Position numbers and translations under genes: made by a program. From an uncultured Nitrosomonas sp. (GTDB taxonomy: Bacteria; Pseudomonadota; Gammaproteobacteria; Burkholderiales; Nitrosomonadaceae), in assembly GCA_964554625.1 (NCBI GenBank), contig CAZKPL010000001.1:10876-74875 (forward strand): a stretch of 64,000 nt of DNA, given 5' to 3'. Shown piece after piece: positions 9,493 through 19,481 of the stretch. How positions within the stretch are numbered: position 1 is the stretch's first letter; each line of letters starts with the position of its first letter. The notes below the pieces were generated by a model. It was given only the letters and a program-made list of their open reading frames with translations. It had not been told where the DNA came from and ran no database searches.

Positions 9493-10524
9493 ATGCTGCA
9501 ACAACTTACCCTGCTGTTCCCATTCTGGATGATATTGACGAGCGCCATGGCGCTATACTGGCCAGAGTGGTTGCTTCCGCTCAACCAGGGATCTGTCATG
9601 GTATTAATACTGGCCTTTATCATGCTATGCATGGGGCTAACTTTAACCTTTGACGACTTTCGCAGAATCGCACGCATGCCGAAAGCGGTAGCAGTCGGCT
9701 TTGTGGCGCAATATTCGATCATGCCCGTGCTGTCATGGGGAATAGCTCATGCGCTCAACCTGCCGCCCGATTTTGCCGTCGGCCTGATTCTGGTCGGCTG
9801 CTGTCCAGGCGGCACTGCTTCAAATCTGGTGACCTATATTGCCAAGGCAGATCTGGCGCTTTCAGTGGTGATGACAGTATGCTCCACAATGGCAGCTATC
9901 CTTTTTACCCCGCTATTGACACAACTATTTGCTGGTGCGCTGGTACCCGTTGATACCTGGATGCTGTTCACGCAAACCCTGCAAGTCGTGATTATCCCGG
10001 TCATCCTGGGTGTTCTGCTCAATCGCTGGGCACCGCAGCTCGTGCAACGCTTCATGCCGGTTGCACCACTGCTATCGGTACTCGGAGTATGCATGGTTTG
10101 TGCAGTCGTATTTGCCGCTCATGCAGAATCCATTCTGAATCATGGCTCGCAATTGATTCTGGCAGCAGCCTTGCTGCACGGAGGCGGCTTCCTGCTGGGT
10201 TATTATTTTGCCTGCGTCGCGGGTTATCAATTCCAGAGCGCCCGCACGATTTCCATTGAAGTCGGGATGCAAAATTCCGGGCTTGCCATTGTATTGGCCA
10301 AACAGACTTTTCCATTGCTGCTGTTAGCACCGGTGGCAGGCGCGGTCTCGGCTGTCATGCACTCCCTGCTGGGGAGTCTCTTGGCAGTGCTATGGCGGGC
10401 GCGATTACCTCAGCAACAAGCGGCCGCTGCGCAAGCTCCTGACATTCAGTCAGGACCTGATTTCACAAATGCTGCAACAGTGAAAGAAACCGGCCAGGCA
10501 AGCTGCAATCTGGAGCCGGAATGA
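9493..10524 (+). CDS. Bile acid:sodium symporter (BASS) family transporter
   Basis: 343 aa polytopic protein with the GLILVGCCPGGTASN and SIEVGMQNSGLA signature regions. Confidence 0.85.
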   Translation: MLQQLTLLFPFWMILTSAMALYWPEWLLPLNQGSVMVLILAFIMLCMGLTLTFDDFRRIARMPKAVAVGFVAQYSIMPVLSWGIAHALNLPPDFAVGLILVGCCPGGTASNLVTYIAKADLALSVVMTVCSTMAAILFTPLLTQLFAGALVPVDTWMLFTQTLQVVIIPVILGVLLNRWAPQLVQRFMPVAPLLSVLGVCMVCAVVFAAHAESILNHGSQLILAAALLHGGGFLLGYYFACVAGYQFQSARTISIEVGMQNSGLAIVLAKQTFPLLLLAPVAGAVSAVMHSLLGSLLAVLWRARLPQQQAAAAQAPDIQSGPDFTNAATVKETGQASCNLEPE

Positions 10525-10665
10525 TCCGCTATTTATCAAAGTAGTCCTACAAAATAAGCAGATGGAGTTAAACCCTCCCCCTCCAGCTCGTTCAGCTTGC
10601 ATTCATTCTCTTCGATGTATCGTTGCCGCAACCGGTTGAGAATCTGCTCAACATAGCATGTCACC

Positions 10666-10935
10666 ATGAAAAAACTTCTGCTGCTTCTTGTTGCCATAAT
10701 TTGCTTAAGCGGCTTCCGCGCGCCCAATGGGAATATTATCTCCAGCGGTGATCTGGCCGATAAATTGCTTGCCAATTTAGGCGAACCGCAAGCGCGTATC
10801 CACCTCGGCACCTTTCACTACCGGGGAAATATTTATATCACCAGTGAAACCTGGACCTACAAAATAGGCCAATACAACCATCGCTTCATCATTCAGAATG
10901 GCCGGATCGTTGCTGATGACTGGTCGAGGTTTTAA
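10666..10935 (+). CDS. Small secreted protein (DUF2845-like)
   Basis: 89 aa. Signal peptide MKKLLLLLVAIICLSG, then GDLADKLLANLGEP...ETWTYKIG...IIQNGRIV, a pattern I associate with DUF2845. Confidence 0.6.
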   Translation: MKKLLLLLVAIICLSGFRAPNGNIISSGDLADKLLANLGEPQARIHLGTFHYRGNIYITSETWTYKIGQYNHRFIIQNGRIVADDWSRF

Positions 10936-11087
10936 TCAACGAGTGATCCGCTAACGAGCACCTTCCAGATTTCCCCGGTTAAAACACGTTTTTTCTGCCA
11001 TCCGTTTTTCATCACTGGACGTTTTGGTCACAGAATGGCAGAGTATTGCCCATGCCACGTTAAAAGAACGAATAGAGGGCAAGCATC

Positions 11088-13754
11088 ATGAAGATCCATC
11101 AGCTGACTGAAGAGCAGGCCTATACCAGTTTACGCAGCAGCGCCAACGGCTTGTCAGAGCAGGAGGCGCAACGACGGTTGCGGGAGTATGGTCCGAATCG
11201 CGTAGAGGAAATCGAAAAGAAGCACCTGCTGCCAAGCTTTATCCAGGAATTCACTCATTTCTTTGCGCTCATTTTATGGTTGGCCGCCATACTGGCTTTC
11301 ATTGCTGAGTGGAATGCGCCAGGCCAGGGCATGGCAATGCTGGGCTATGCCATTATTGGCGTGATCATCATCAATGGCGTATTTTCGTTCTGGCAGGAAT
11401 ATCGCGCACAGGAAGCGGTTGCAGCGTTACGCGATCTGCTGCCACCTCAGGTCAAAATCATGCGTGATGGTGGTATCAGGCAAATTCCAGTGAGTGAACT
11501 GGTGCCGGGAGATGTCATCCATCTGACAGATGGTGATATCGTGCCGGCTGATTGCCGCTTGCTCGAGGCCTTTGGCGTGCGCGTCAATAATGCCACGATC
11601 ACCGGGGAATCCCTCTCCAGAGCGCGCGACACTAGCCGTTCCAGTGAAGATGAAGCACAAAACAGCCACAATGTGTTGCTTGCCGGCACCGTCATGGTTT
11701 CCGGCGAAGCCAAGGCACTGGTTTACGCAACAGGCATGCACAGCGAATTTGGCAAGATTGCCCACTTGACTCAGGTAACGAGCGCCATCCTGTCGCCGCT
11801 GCAGCTGGAAATCATACGGCTGAGCCGCCTTATCGCCATGCTGTCAGTATGCTTTGGCATCGTGTTTTTCTTGATCGGCCTGTGGTTGGAACTGCCTTTC
11901 TGGACAAACCTGATTTTTGCAATAGGCATTATCGTTGCCAATGTACCAGAAGGATTGCTGCCAACGGTTACGCTGGCATTAGCCATGGCCACTCAGCGCA
12001 TGGCAAAGAAAAATGCATTGGTGCGCCATCTCCCTGCGGTGGAAGCACTGGGTTCCACCACAATCATTTGCACAGACAAAACCGGCACGCTGACGCAAAA
12101 CCGCATGACCGTGAAGAAACTATTTCTGTCTGGGGAATTCCACCTTCCTGGAGAGGCTAATCGATTGCAGGGTCACCCGTTATTAGCCGTAGCCAGGTAC
12201 TGCCACAACCTCAAACAAGGAGAAAGCCACGGCAAACAGACTTTGCTGGGTGATCCAATGGAAGTCGCGTTGTTTGAACTGGCGCAGATGGCCATGGCCG
12301 TTTACCCTGATCACACCCAGATCGCCGAAATTCCTTTTGATACCGACCGCAAACGTCTCTCACTGTTATACCGAACACCCGATGGTGACAGACTATATTG
12401 CAAAGGGGCGCTGGAGACGGTCCTGCCACTTTGTCAGGATATTTATCTGGAAAGCGGCATACAACCTCTGGATGAGTCCCAGCGGCAGCATCTGCTCGAT
12501 GCGCAGGAAGACATGGCAGAACAGGGGCTGCGAGTGCTTGCATTGGCTTTCCGCTGCTGTCCGCCACAAGCCGAAGCTGAGCATCTGGAAGAAAAACTCA
12601 CGCTGTGTGGTCTAGTGGGAATAGAAGATCCTCCCCGGATAGAAGTTCCCGCCGCCATTGCCCGGTGCCGTTCCGCAGGGATCAAGGTCATCATGGTTAC
12701 GGGTGATCATCCCCATACTGCTCGGGCAATTGCCAGGGAAATCGGCCTGGCGCAAGATCCAGTGATCATTGCAGGCGATGAACTCCGCCGCTTGTCCCCA
12801 ATTCAACTGCAACTGGCGCTGGATGCCCAGGACATCATCTTTGCCCGGGTGGGAGCCGACCAGAAAATGCGCATCGTGCAAGCGCTGAAGAAGAAAGGTG
12901 AAATCGTCGCGGTCACCGGTGATGGCGTCAATGATGCGCCCGCGCTGAAAGCCGCAGATATTGGCATCAGCATGGGGATCTCCGGAACGGATGTCGCCAA
13001 GGAATCTGCCGACATCATTTTGCTCGATGATAATTTTGCCCATATTGTCTCGGCCATTGAGGAAGGGCGGACAGTTTTTGAGAATATCCGTAAATTCATG
13101 ACCTATATTCTCACCTCAAACGTGCCTGAGCTCGTTCCTTATCTCGCTTTTACGCTATTCAAGATTCCATTGCCGCTAACCATCGTGCAAATCCTCGCAG
13201 TGGACCTGGGTACCGATCTCCTGCCAGCGCTGGCGCTTGGCGCGGAGACGCCGCACAACGATATCATGCAGAAGCCACCGCGCCCGCGCAACGAGCGCTT
13301 GCTTCACTGGCCTTTACTCGGGCGCGCTTATCTTTTTCTAGGCATGATAGAAGCAGCGGCTGCCATGGCGATGTTCTTTTATGTCCTGAATAATGGGGGC
13401 TGGCAATATGGACAAATGCTGTCTGCCGATCATCCACTTTATTTGCAGGCCACCACCGCATGCCTGTCGACCATTATCGTCATGCAGATCATGAATGTTT
13501 TCATCTGTCGCCATCCGACAGAATCTGTCTTTCACTTTGCGTGGTTGGGTAACCGTTTACTGCTGCTGGGTGTGGCAACAGAAATTGGCTTGATCCTGCT
13601 GATTGTCTATACTCCATGGGGCAACCGCCTGTTTGGTACCGCACCCATCAGCTTGGATATCTGGTTATATGCCATTCCCTTTGCTTTGGCCATGTTGATT
13701 CTGGAAGAGTTGCGGAAGGTCCTGCTACGCTACATAAGCAAGCAGAACTACTGA
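11088..13754 (+). CDS. Cation-translocating P-type ATPase (P2-type, Ca2+/Mg2+-like)
   Basis: 888 aa. Cation_ATPase_N opening [21 protein letters not shown], phosphorylation site [10 protein letters not shown], hinge [13 protein letters not shown], and 10 TM segments. Confidence 0.95.
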   Translation: MKIHQLTEEQAYTSLRSSANGLSEQEAQRRLREYGPNRVEEIEKKHLLPSFIQEFTHFFALILWLAAILAFIAEWNAPGQGMAMLGYAIIGVIIINGVFSFWQEYRAQEAVAALRDLLPPQVKIMRDGGIRQIPVSELVPGDVIHLTDGDIVPADCRLLEAFGVRVNNATITGESLSRARDTSRSSEDEAQNSHNVLLAGTVMVSGEAKALVYATGMHSEFGKIAHLTQVTSAILSPLQLEIIRLSRLIAMLSVCFGIVFFLIGLWLELPFWTNLIFAIGIIVANVPEGLLPTVTLALAMATQRMAKKNALVRHLPAVEALGSTTIICTDKTGTLTQNRMTVKKLFLSGEFHLPGEANRLQGHPLLAVARYCHNLKQGESHGKQTLLGDPMEVALFELAQMAMAVYPDHTQIAEIPFDTDRKRLSLLYRTPDGDRLYCKGALETVLPLCQDIYLESGIQPLDESQRQHLLDAQEDMAEQGLRVLALAFRCCPPQAEAEHLEEKLTLCGLVGIEDPPRIEVPAAIARCRSAGIKVIMVTGDHPHTARAIAREIGLAQDPVIIAGDELRRLSPIQLQLALDAQDIIFARVGADQKMRIVQALKKKGEIVAVTGDGVNDAPALKAADIGISMGISGTDVAKESADIILLDDNFAHIVSAIEEGRTVFENIRKFMTYILTSNVPELVPYLAFTLFKIPLPLTIVQILAVDLGTDLLPALALGAETPHNDIMQKPPRPRNERLLHWPLLGRAYLFLGMIEAAAAMAMFFYVLNNGGWQYGQMLSADHPLYLQATTACLSTIIVMQIMNVFICRHPTESVFHFAWLGNRLLLLGVATEIGLILLIVYTPWGNRLFGTAPISLDIWLYAIPFALAMLILEELRKVLLRYISKQNY

Positions 13755-14413
13755 TTTCGTGTCACTCCGCTGATTTCTCTCTTTTTACTCTGGCCACTAA
13801 CGTAAACATAGATCAACGCGCTGGCTATTGCCGCAAAAAAGCACCACACGGAAGCAAACGTTTCTTCATAAGCATAAAATGCCACAAAGAAGCCCAGCGA
13901 GATCACGATTCCCGTGATGTTCAGACTCCGATTACTTGACAGGATGAATGGCACACAAGTCGCAAATAAATACATGACGAGCACAAATTGCTGACCTTCA
14001 ACCTTATGCAAGTAGCGAATGCTGCCATTGACGATATAGGTTATGATCGGCTCGCCGATCAAGCCAACGATGGTATAGGCCGCTAAACCCACGCCCGCCA
14101 CTATCATTGATGTCATAACCTTTCTCGTCCGGTTATCCGTTTCACCCAGGCGAATAGCGAATGGCGCATAAAACGGCCATATCACGCCAATAAAAATCCC
14201 GTATAAATTACCTAGCCATAATTGCGCCTGCGACATCTCCCCACTCTCCAGAACGACCCATAACACCCCTTCCGTCAGCTGCTGGAGCGCAAATATCAAT
14301 GGGATGAACGCGATAAAAATATCTTTTCTATCCCTGACTTTCCTGACCGCACTCACACCAACGGCCACAAGCGCACCGCTGGCAATAAAACTGGCTTCTG
14401 CTGAAAAACACAT
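13748..14413 (-). CDS. Hypothetical integral membrane protein
   Basis: 221 aa with about six hydrophobic helices. Converges on, and overlaps by 7 nt, the ATPase gene end. No recognised catalytic motif. Confidence 0.6.
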   Translation of the reverse strand: MCFSAEASFIASGALVAVGVSAVRKVRDRKDIFIAFIPLIFALQQLTEGVLWVVLESGEMSQAQLWLGNLYGIFIGVIWPFYAPFAIRLGETDNRTRKVMTSMIVAGVGLAAYTIVGLIGEPIITYIVNGSIRYLHKVEGQQFVLVMYLFATCVPFILSSNRSLNITGIVISLGFFVAFYAYEETFASVWCFFAAIASALIYVYVSGQSKKREISGVTRNQ

Positions 14414-14691
14414 GGTGTAATGGCTATCCTAAAAATTGGCTGGCAAATCGATTGCCGAGATATCCTGATAATGGATACAGCGAGACACGTCATGGCTAGA
14501 AATGACACCAATCAGGTAAACCTCGGAAAAACCGGGTATATTAACTCAAATTCGTTAAGCAAGGCCGCTCTACTCGAATTTGGCTCATGATTCAAAAGTA
14601 ACAGGATAGCATTGCGAATAACTGCCAGAGAGCATAGGTAATTTCAATACTGGTGGCAATCATTGCGGCATATGATTGCTATGTAGTCTGA

Positions 14692-15369
14692 TCAGGCATT
14701 CTTGATAACGCCATCTTCCAACTCCACCACGCGATCAGCAATATCCAGAATACGATAGTCATGCGTCACCAGCAGGATGGTGGTCTGCGATTCCTTGGCC
14801 AATCGTTTAAGGATAGCGACCGCCTCATGACCACTTTGTTTGTCTAGAGAGGCCGTCGGCTCGTCAGCCAGAACAATTTGAGGCTGCCCCACCAAAGCCC
14901 TTGCAATCGAAACACGTTGACGCTGCCCGGCCGAAAGCTGATCCGGTTTGTAATTTAGCCGTTCGCCAAGCCCTACGGCTCTCAGCATTTCCGCTGCGCG
15001 GTCAAGTCGTTGCTGCTCGGTCATCCTGTTTTGCATCTCCAGGGTCATGCAAACATTTTGCAGCGCAGTAAGCGATTTAAGTAAATTATGCTGCTGAAAA
15101 ATATAGCCGATCTGCTGGCGAACCCTAACCTTAACCTGTTCGTTGCTGTTAATCAGTTGCTGATCGAGCACCTCCACACTACCGTGATATGCCTGGCGCA
15201 AGCCCCCGATAATGGTTAGGAAAGTTGTTTTACCGGAACCGGAAGGTCCGGTCATCAGCACGATCTCGCCTTTATAAATTGAAATCGTGACGTCCTTTAA
15301 GACCGGTTGCGTCAGAGTGCCGCTGCCGAAACTGAAATTCAGGTCATGAACATCGATGACGACAGACAT
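14692..15369 (-). CDS. devA: ABC transporter ATP-binding protein, DevA-type
   Basis: 225 aa. Walker A GPSGSGKTT, signature LSAGQRQRV, Walker B IVLADEP. Its start overlaps the stop of the permease gene. Confidence 0.9.
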   Translation of the reverse strand: MSVVIDVHDLNFSFGSGTLTQPVLKDVTISIYKGEIVLMTGPSGSGKTTFLTIIGGLRQAYHGSVEVLDQQLINSNEQVKVRVRQQIGYIFQQHNLLKSLTALQNVCMTLEMQNRMTEQQRLDRAAEMLRAVGLGERLNYKPDQLSAGQRQRVSIARALVGQPQIVLADEPTASLDKQSGHEAVAILKRLAKESQTTILLVTHDYRILDIADRVVELEDGVIKNA

Positions 15370-16538
15370 CAGAACATATCTGCCGGATTAGCAGCTTTCA
15401 ATTTGTGTATTGCCAGAAATCCTGCCATTGCACACATGGAAAGAATAAACATAAACACGGTTATGACTTTGCTGAAGGTCATCGGCATTGGCATGAATAT
15501 TTGGGATTCAGCCAGCTGATATAAACCAACAGAAAGAACATAACCCGGAATAAATCCCAGTAACGCCAGAAAAAAAGCTGAAGCAAACACGACGCGAATA
15601 AAATAACCATGTTCATAACCCATGGCTTTCAGCGTTGCAAACTCATTCCGATGATTGGTAATGTCCGTGAAAAGAATCTGATAAACAATGACCAAACCGA
15701 CTACCAGCCCCATCACTGTACCAAAACCAAAAATAAAACCAATAGGCGCCATATTTGCCCAGTAATCTTTTTCATGTTGCAGCAGTTGTTCGTAGGTAAA
15801 AATATTGACGAACTCATTCAACTGACCACTCAGTTCGGCTTGCGCCTGTTTTGCTGATGAGCCAGGATGAAGCCTGATAACACCCACATCGATATTGCTG
15901 AGACTCCTTTCTGGAAAAATACGCATGAAATTCAAATCGCTTGTGGCAACATTACCATCGGCGGCAAAAGATACCCCCAAACGGAAAAAACCAGTAATCA
16001 TGACTTTATAATCGTTAATTTCTGTCTTATTGCGACCCGCCTCCAGCAATGGGCGAACCGGTCCGAATTCTGGGCGGGAATATTCGTCAAACAACACTGT
16101 ATCCTTGAGCTGCAATTCGGTTCGCTTGTTTTGAATATCTTCGATATCGAATATCCTGGAATCGGGATCAAAGCCGTATACCATCAACGTTCTTTTGATC
16201 TGGGTTTCGATATTCTTGAAAGGCGCGAGCGCCAAATAGAGTGGATAAGCCTCGGCGACCGCCGGATTCCCCAAAGCACGCATAAGCTCGCTACGCTTGA
16301 ATTGGGTCGAACGCCACATTGCCTCACTCTGCTTGTGCACCAGAAACAGATCGCCGTTCAATTTTATCGGTGCAGAGGCGGCGCTGGCATAAAGCGAATC
16401 CCTGAATCCCAATTGCATGAACACCAGCATGCAGGCAAACAACACCCCGCAGGTCGCCGCGATCAACTTGGTTCGATCAAAAATCAACTGCCGCCAGGCT
16501 AGGCGTGCAGGAAAATAAAACCAGGCAGTGACATTCAT
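15369..16538 (-). CDS. devC: ABC exporter permease, DevC/FtsX-like
   Basis: 389 aa. N-terminal TM, a large periplasmic domain, and a C-terminal FtsX-type 3-TM bundle. Translationally coupled to its neighbours. Confidence 0.85.
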   Translation of the reverse strand: MNVTAWFYFPARLAWRQLIFDRTKLIAATCGVLFACMLVFMQLGFRDSLYASAASAPIKLNGDLFLVHKQSEAMWRSTQFKRSELMRALGNPAVAEAYPLYLALAPFKNIETQIKRTLMVYGFDPDSRIFDIEDIQNKRTELQLKDTVLFDEYSRPEFGPVRPLLEAGRNKTEINDYKVMITGFFRLGVSFAADGNVATSDLNFMRIFPERSLSNIDVGVIRLHPGSSAKQAQAELSGQLNEFVNIFTYEQLLQHEKDYWANMAPIGFIFGFGTVMGLVVGLVIVYQILFTDITNHRNEFATLKAMGYEHGYFIRVVFASAFFLALLGFIPGYVLSVGLYQLAESQIFMPMPMTFSKVITVFMFILSMCAMAGFLAIHKLKAANPADMF

Positions 16539-17434
16539 GGTGCAATCCGCACCCAGACCTGCCGGAAGATCTGGTGTTGTAATTCGGCAACTGCTTCAGC
16601 CTCAAGCGTAAGACGCACCTCGATGATGCGATTATCCCTGTCTGCTAATGGATCCGTGTCATTCAAGTCATTCTTTTTCACCAGGAAGCCCAATTCTCTG
16701 ACCTTGGCATGATAACTCCGCTTGAAACCCGGGGCATGGATACAGCCTTTTTGTCCTACTTTGACTTGAGGCAAATCCGATTCATAAACTTCTGCAACGA
16801 CATCGAGCCGGGTTAAATCGGCTATTTCCAGAAGGGCATTATCACTGATTCGCTCTCCTGGCCAGGTAAGAATCTTTAAAACAGTACCGGTAATCGGGGC
16901 GTAAATAAGTGTATTTTCCAGCGCTGCTTCTGAAATTTTCTGTTCGGATCGAGCATTGGCTATTTCAGCCGCCAAATGCTTCAGGTTCGCATCGGATTGT
17001 TCAAATGCCAGACGTTTGGCATCCGCAAGAGAAACGCTGGCAGCAGCACTTTGCTCAAGCGACCGATAGCGAAGATACTCCCTTTTATTAAAAGCCAGCG
17101 CGACCTCCTCAACAGCTCGCTGGGCTTCCAGCACCTTAATGCGGGTTCTGGCTGCGTCAACTTCAGCCTTCTTTTTAGTATAGTCGGAAAGGATCGCCAG
17201 TTTTTCACCTGCTTTGACCCGATCTGCTTCCTGAAAAAAGAGCTGCTCAACCTTGGCGCCTTCAGGACCGGCATTATGGGAAACTTTAATGACCCTCGAG
17301 CGAGGCTCAATACGGCCTAGCGCGCCAATTCCCTGTTTTGTCCCGAACGTGCACTGCATTTCAGCAACAGCACTGGAGCTTGCGAGAACAAAACCTGCAA
17401 TGACAAAAAAATAATAATTGACCTTACTGTACAT
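16535..17434 (-). CDS. devB: HlyD/DevB-type periplasmic adaptor (membrane fusion) protein
   Basis: 299 aa. Signal/anchor, coiled-coil hairpin region, and a beta-barrel C-terminus. ATGA overlap with devC. Confidence 0.85.
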   Translation of the reverse strand: MYSKVNYYFFVIAGFVLASSSAVAEMQCTFGTKQGIGALGRIEPRSRVIKVSHNAGPEGAKVEQLFFQEADRVKAGEKLAILSDYTKKKAEVDAARTRIKVLEAQRAVEEVALAFNKREYLRYRSLEQSAAASVSLADAKRLAFEQSDANLKHLAAEIANARSEQKISEAALENTLIYAPITGTVLKILTWPGERISDNALLEIADLTRLDVVAEVYESDLPQVKVGQKGCIHAPGFKRSYHAKVRELGFLVKKNDLNDTDPLADRDNRIIEVRLTLEAEAVAELQHQIFRQVWVRIAP

Positions 17435-17620
17435 GAATCATTTTCAATGCGGGTTAAAAAGACCATATCTTGAATGTATCTGCTATACATGCTTGAAACA
17501 GGCTAAAGCAGCGACACCATTTTATGATGGCGCACGGACAGCACAATGGGCCAATCCAGATCGGCCATATGGCTCTATCTTGGCCGCGCCAGATACCTAG
17601 CGCGGCTAAAGCTTACAAAA

Positions 17621-18985
17621 TCAACTCACCCACACGGTTTTAATATTCACAAACTCGCGAATGCCGTGATAACACAGCTCCCTCCCAAACCCGGACTCTT
17701 TGATACCGCCAAATGGTAAACGTGGATCGCTTTTGACGACGCCATTAACGAAAGTACAGCCCGCCTGGATTTTCCGGGCAACGGCTTCACCTCGCGCCGT
17801 ATCGCGGGTCCATACGCTTCCACCGAGACCAAATGAAGTGTGATTGGCCAATTGAATTGCTTCCTCGGTATTTTTTACGCGCACCAGCGCCGCTACTGGG
17901 CCAAACAATTCTTCATCAAAGGCAGGCATGCCGGGACGTACGTGATCCAGGATGGTCGGTGCGTAATAAGCGCCTTGTGCGCTGATAAATTCACCGCCGG
18001 TCAGAAGTGTGGCGCCCATGGCCAGGCTGCGTTTGACTTGTGCATGCAAGCTGTCCCGCAAATCGGTGCGCGCCATTGGTGCGATGCTGGTGGATTCGGC
18101 TTTGGGATCGCCGCTGCGTAATTGATCTACCTCTGTTTTAAAGTGCCGCACGAATGAATCAGCGATGGCATCCACAAGAATAAAGCGTTTGGCGGCAATA
18201 CAGCTTTGCCCCATATTCTGGAAACGGGCAGTGATTGCCTGGGCTGCGGTGAATTCGAGATCCGCATCATCGAGCACAATAAAGGGGTCAGATCCGCCTA
18301 GCTCAAGGATGCATTTCTTCAAATGCTGACCGGCAATCGCCGCCACGCTGCGTCCAGCCGTGCTGCTGCCGGTCAAGGTGATGGCAGCGATACGGGGGTC
18401 GGCAATGACCGTTTCAGCTTGTGCAGCCGTGATCATCAATGTACGAAACGTATTTTCCGGAAAGCCCGCTTCGCGAAACGCTTCTTCCAGCGCAAGCGCA
18501 CAGCGCGGCACGTTAGAAGCATGTTTCAATACCACGGTATTGCCCGCCATCATCGCGGGCGCTGCGGCGCGTATCAGCTGCCAGAAAGGAAAATTCCACG
18601 GCATAATGCAAAACAGCGTCCCTAGCGGCTGATAAACGACGAGGCTACGGCTGGCATCGGATGCAATATCTTCATCAGCCAGATAAGTTTTAGCATACGC
18701 TGCATAATGTTCGCAACCCAGTGCGCATTTGTCGATCTCCGCCCTGGCTTCTTTCAGTAATTTCCCCATTTCATCGTTGATCAGATTGGCATAGTAATCG
18801 CGGCGTTGACGAAAAACCTCTGCCAGTTCCCGCATATAAACCGATCGCTGCTCAAAACTGAGCAGCGCCCAGCCTGCCTGAGCCGACTCGACCTGGCTTA
18901 AGACGGTATCGATCGCATCAGTTTCCCATGTGGAAAAGGATTGGATAATTTCCCCCGTGGCGGGATTGATTGAAAGCATGGACAT
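17621..18985 (-). CDS. NAD(P)-dependent aldehyde dehydrogenase (succinate-semialdehyde dehydrogenase-like)
   Basis: 454 aa. ELGGSDP glutamate motif and catalytic Cys in GQSCIAAKR. Confidence 0.9.
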   Translation of the reverse strand: MSMLSINPATGEIIQSFSTWETDAIDTVLSQVESAQAGWALLSFEQRSVYMRELAEVFRQRRDYYANLINDEMGKLLKEARAEIDKCALGCEHYAAYAKTYLADEDIASDASRSLVVYQPLGTLFCIMPWNFPFWQLIRAAAPAMMAGNTVVLKHASNVPRCALALEEAFREAGFPENTFRTLMITAAQAETVIADPRIAAITLTGSSTAGRSVAAIAGQHLKKCILELGGSDPFIVLDDADLEFTAAQAITARFQNMGQSCIAAKRFILVDAIADSFVRHFKTEVDQLRSGDPKAESTSIAPMARTDLRDSLHAQVKRSLAMGATLLTGGEFISAQGAYYAPTILDHVRPGMPAFDEELFGPVAALVRVKNTEEAIQLANHTSFGLGGSVWTRDTARGEAVARKIQAGCTFVNGVVKSDPRLPFGGIKESGFGRELCYHGIREFVNIKTVWVS

Positions 18986-19481
18986 CGCTGAAACAACCTT
19001 AAAAAATCGTTTTCACGTATAGTTGATCATTATCAAATAATATCCCTGCACTAAGCGGGATAATTTCGATTTCATCAATGATTTCCTCCTGACGCAATCT
19101 GTTGACAGTCAGCCACATTTTTACTTATATGGACAGGAGCGTCGTTATCCGATGCTGGAACTCGCTACGGGAATTTGCCTGAGGAGCAGCTATCGAAGCA
19201 GGCAGTATGATGCTGGCGATCGCGGCAGCGATTAACACGGCTCTCGCTTTTTTTATTACTTACGGGTAATAATGGTTCTTTATAGTAAGCAAGAAACCAT
19301 CTTAGATATCACACCGCTCTCACAGGGAACATTTACTGTGATAATCATTGCCATTTTCTTTGTTATCGGACTCGGTATTTTCCCGGAGTGGCTATTCGGG
19401 TCTCTCAAATTGTCTTAAGATACGATAATTTCAAGAAAATTGTCGCCTGGAGATGGTATCCCATACCCAATCCATTTTCTA

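Noticed and set aside
10536-10811. 91 aa minus-strand ORF overlapping the DUF2845-like gene.
   Set aside because: The plus-strand ORF has a clean signal peptide and a family-like pattern. The minus-strand product has neither, and the two overlap extensively.
14656-14679. Hairpins GCAATCAT-N8-ATGATTGC (14656-14679, after devA) and GCCGCGC-N10-GCGCGGC (17584-17607, after the aldehyde dehydrogenase gene), considered as terminators.
   Set aside because: Neither is followed by a U-tract on the relevant (minus) strand. They may still act as RNA-stability elements, but I do not call them terminators.
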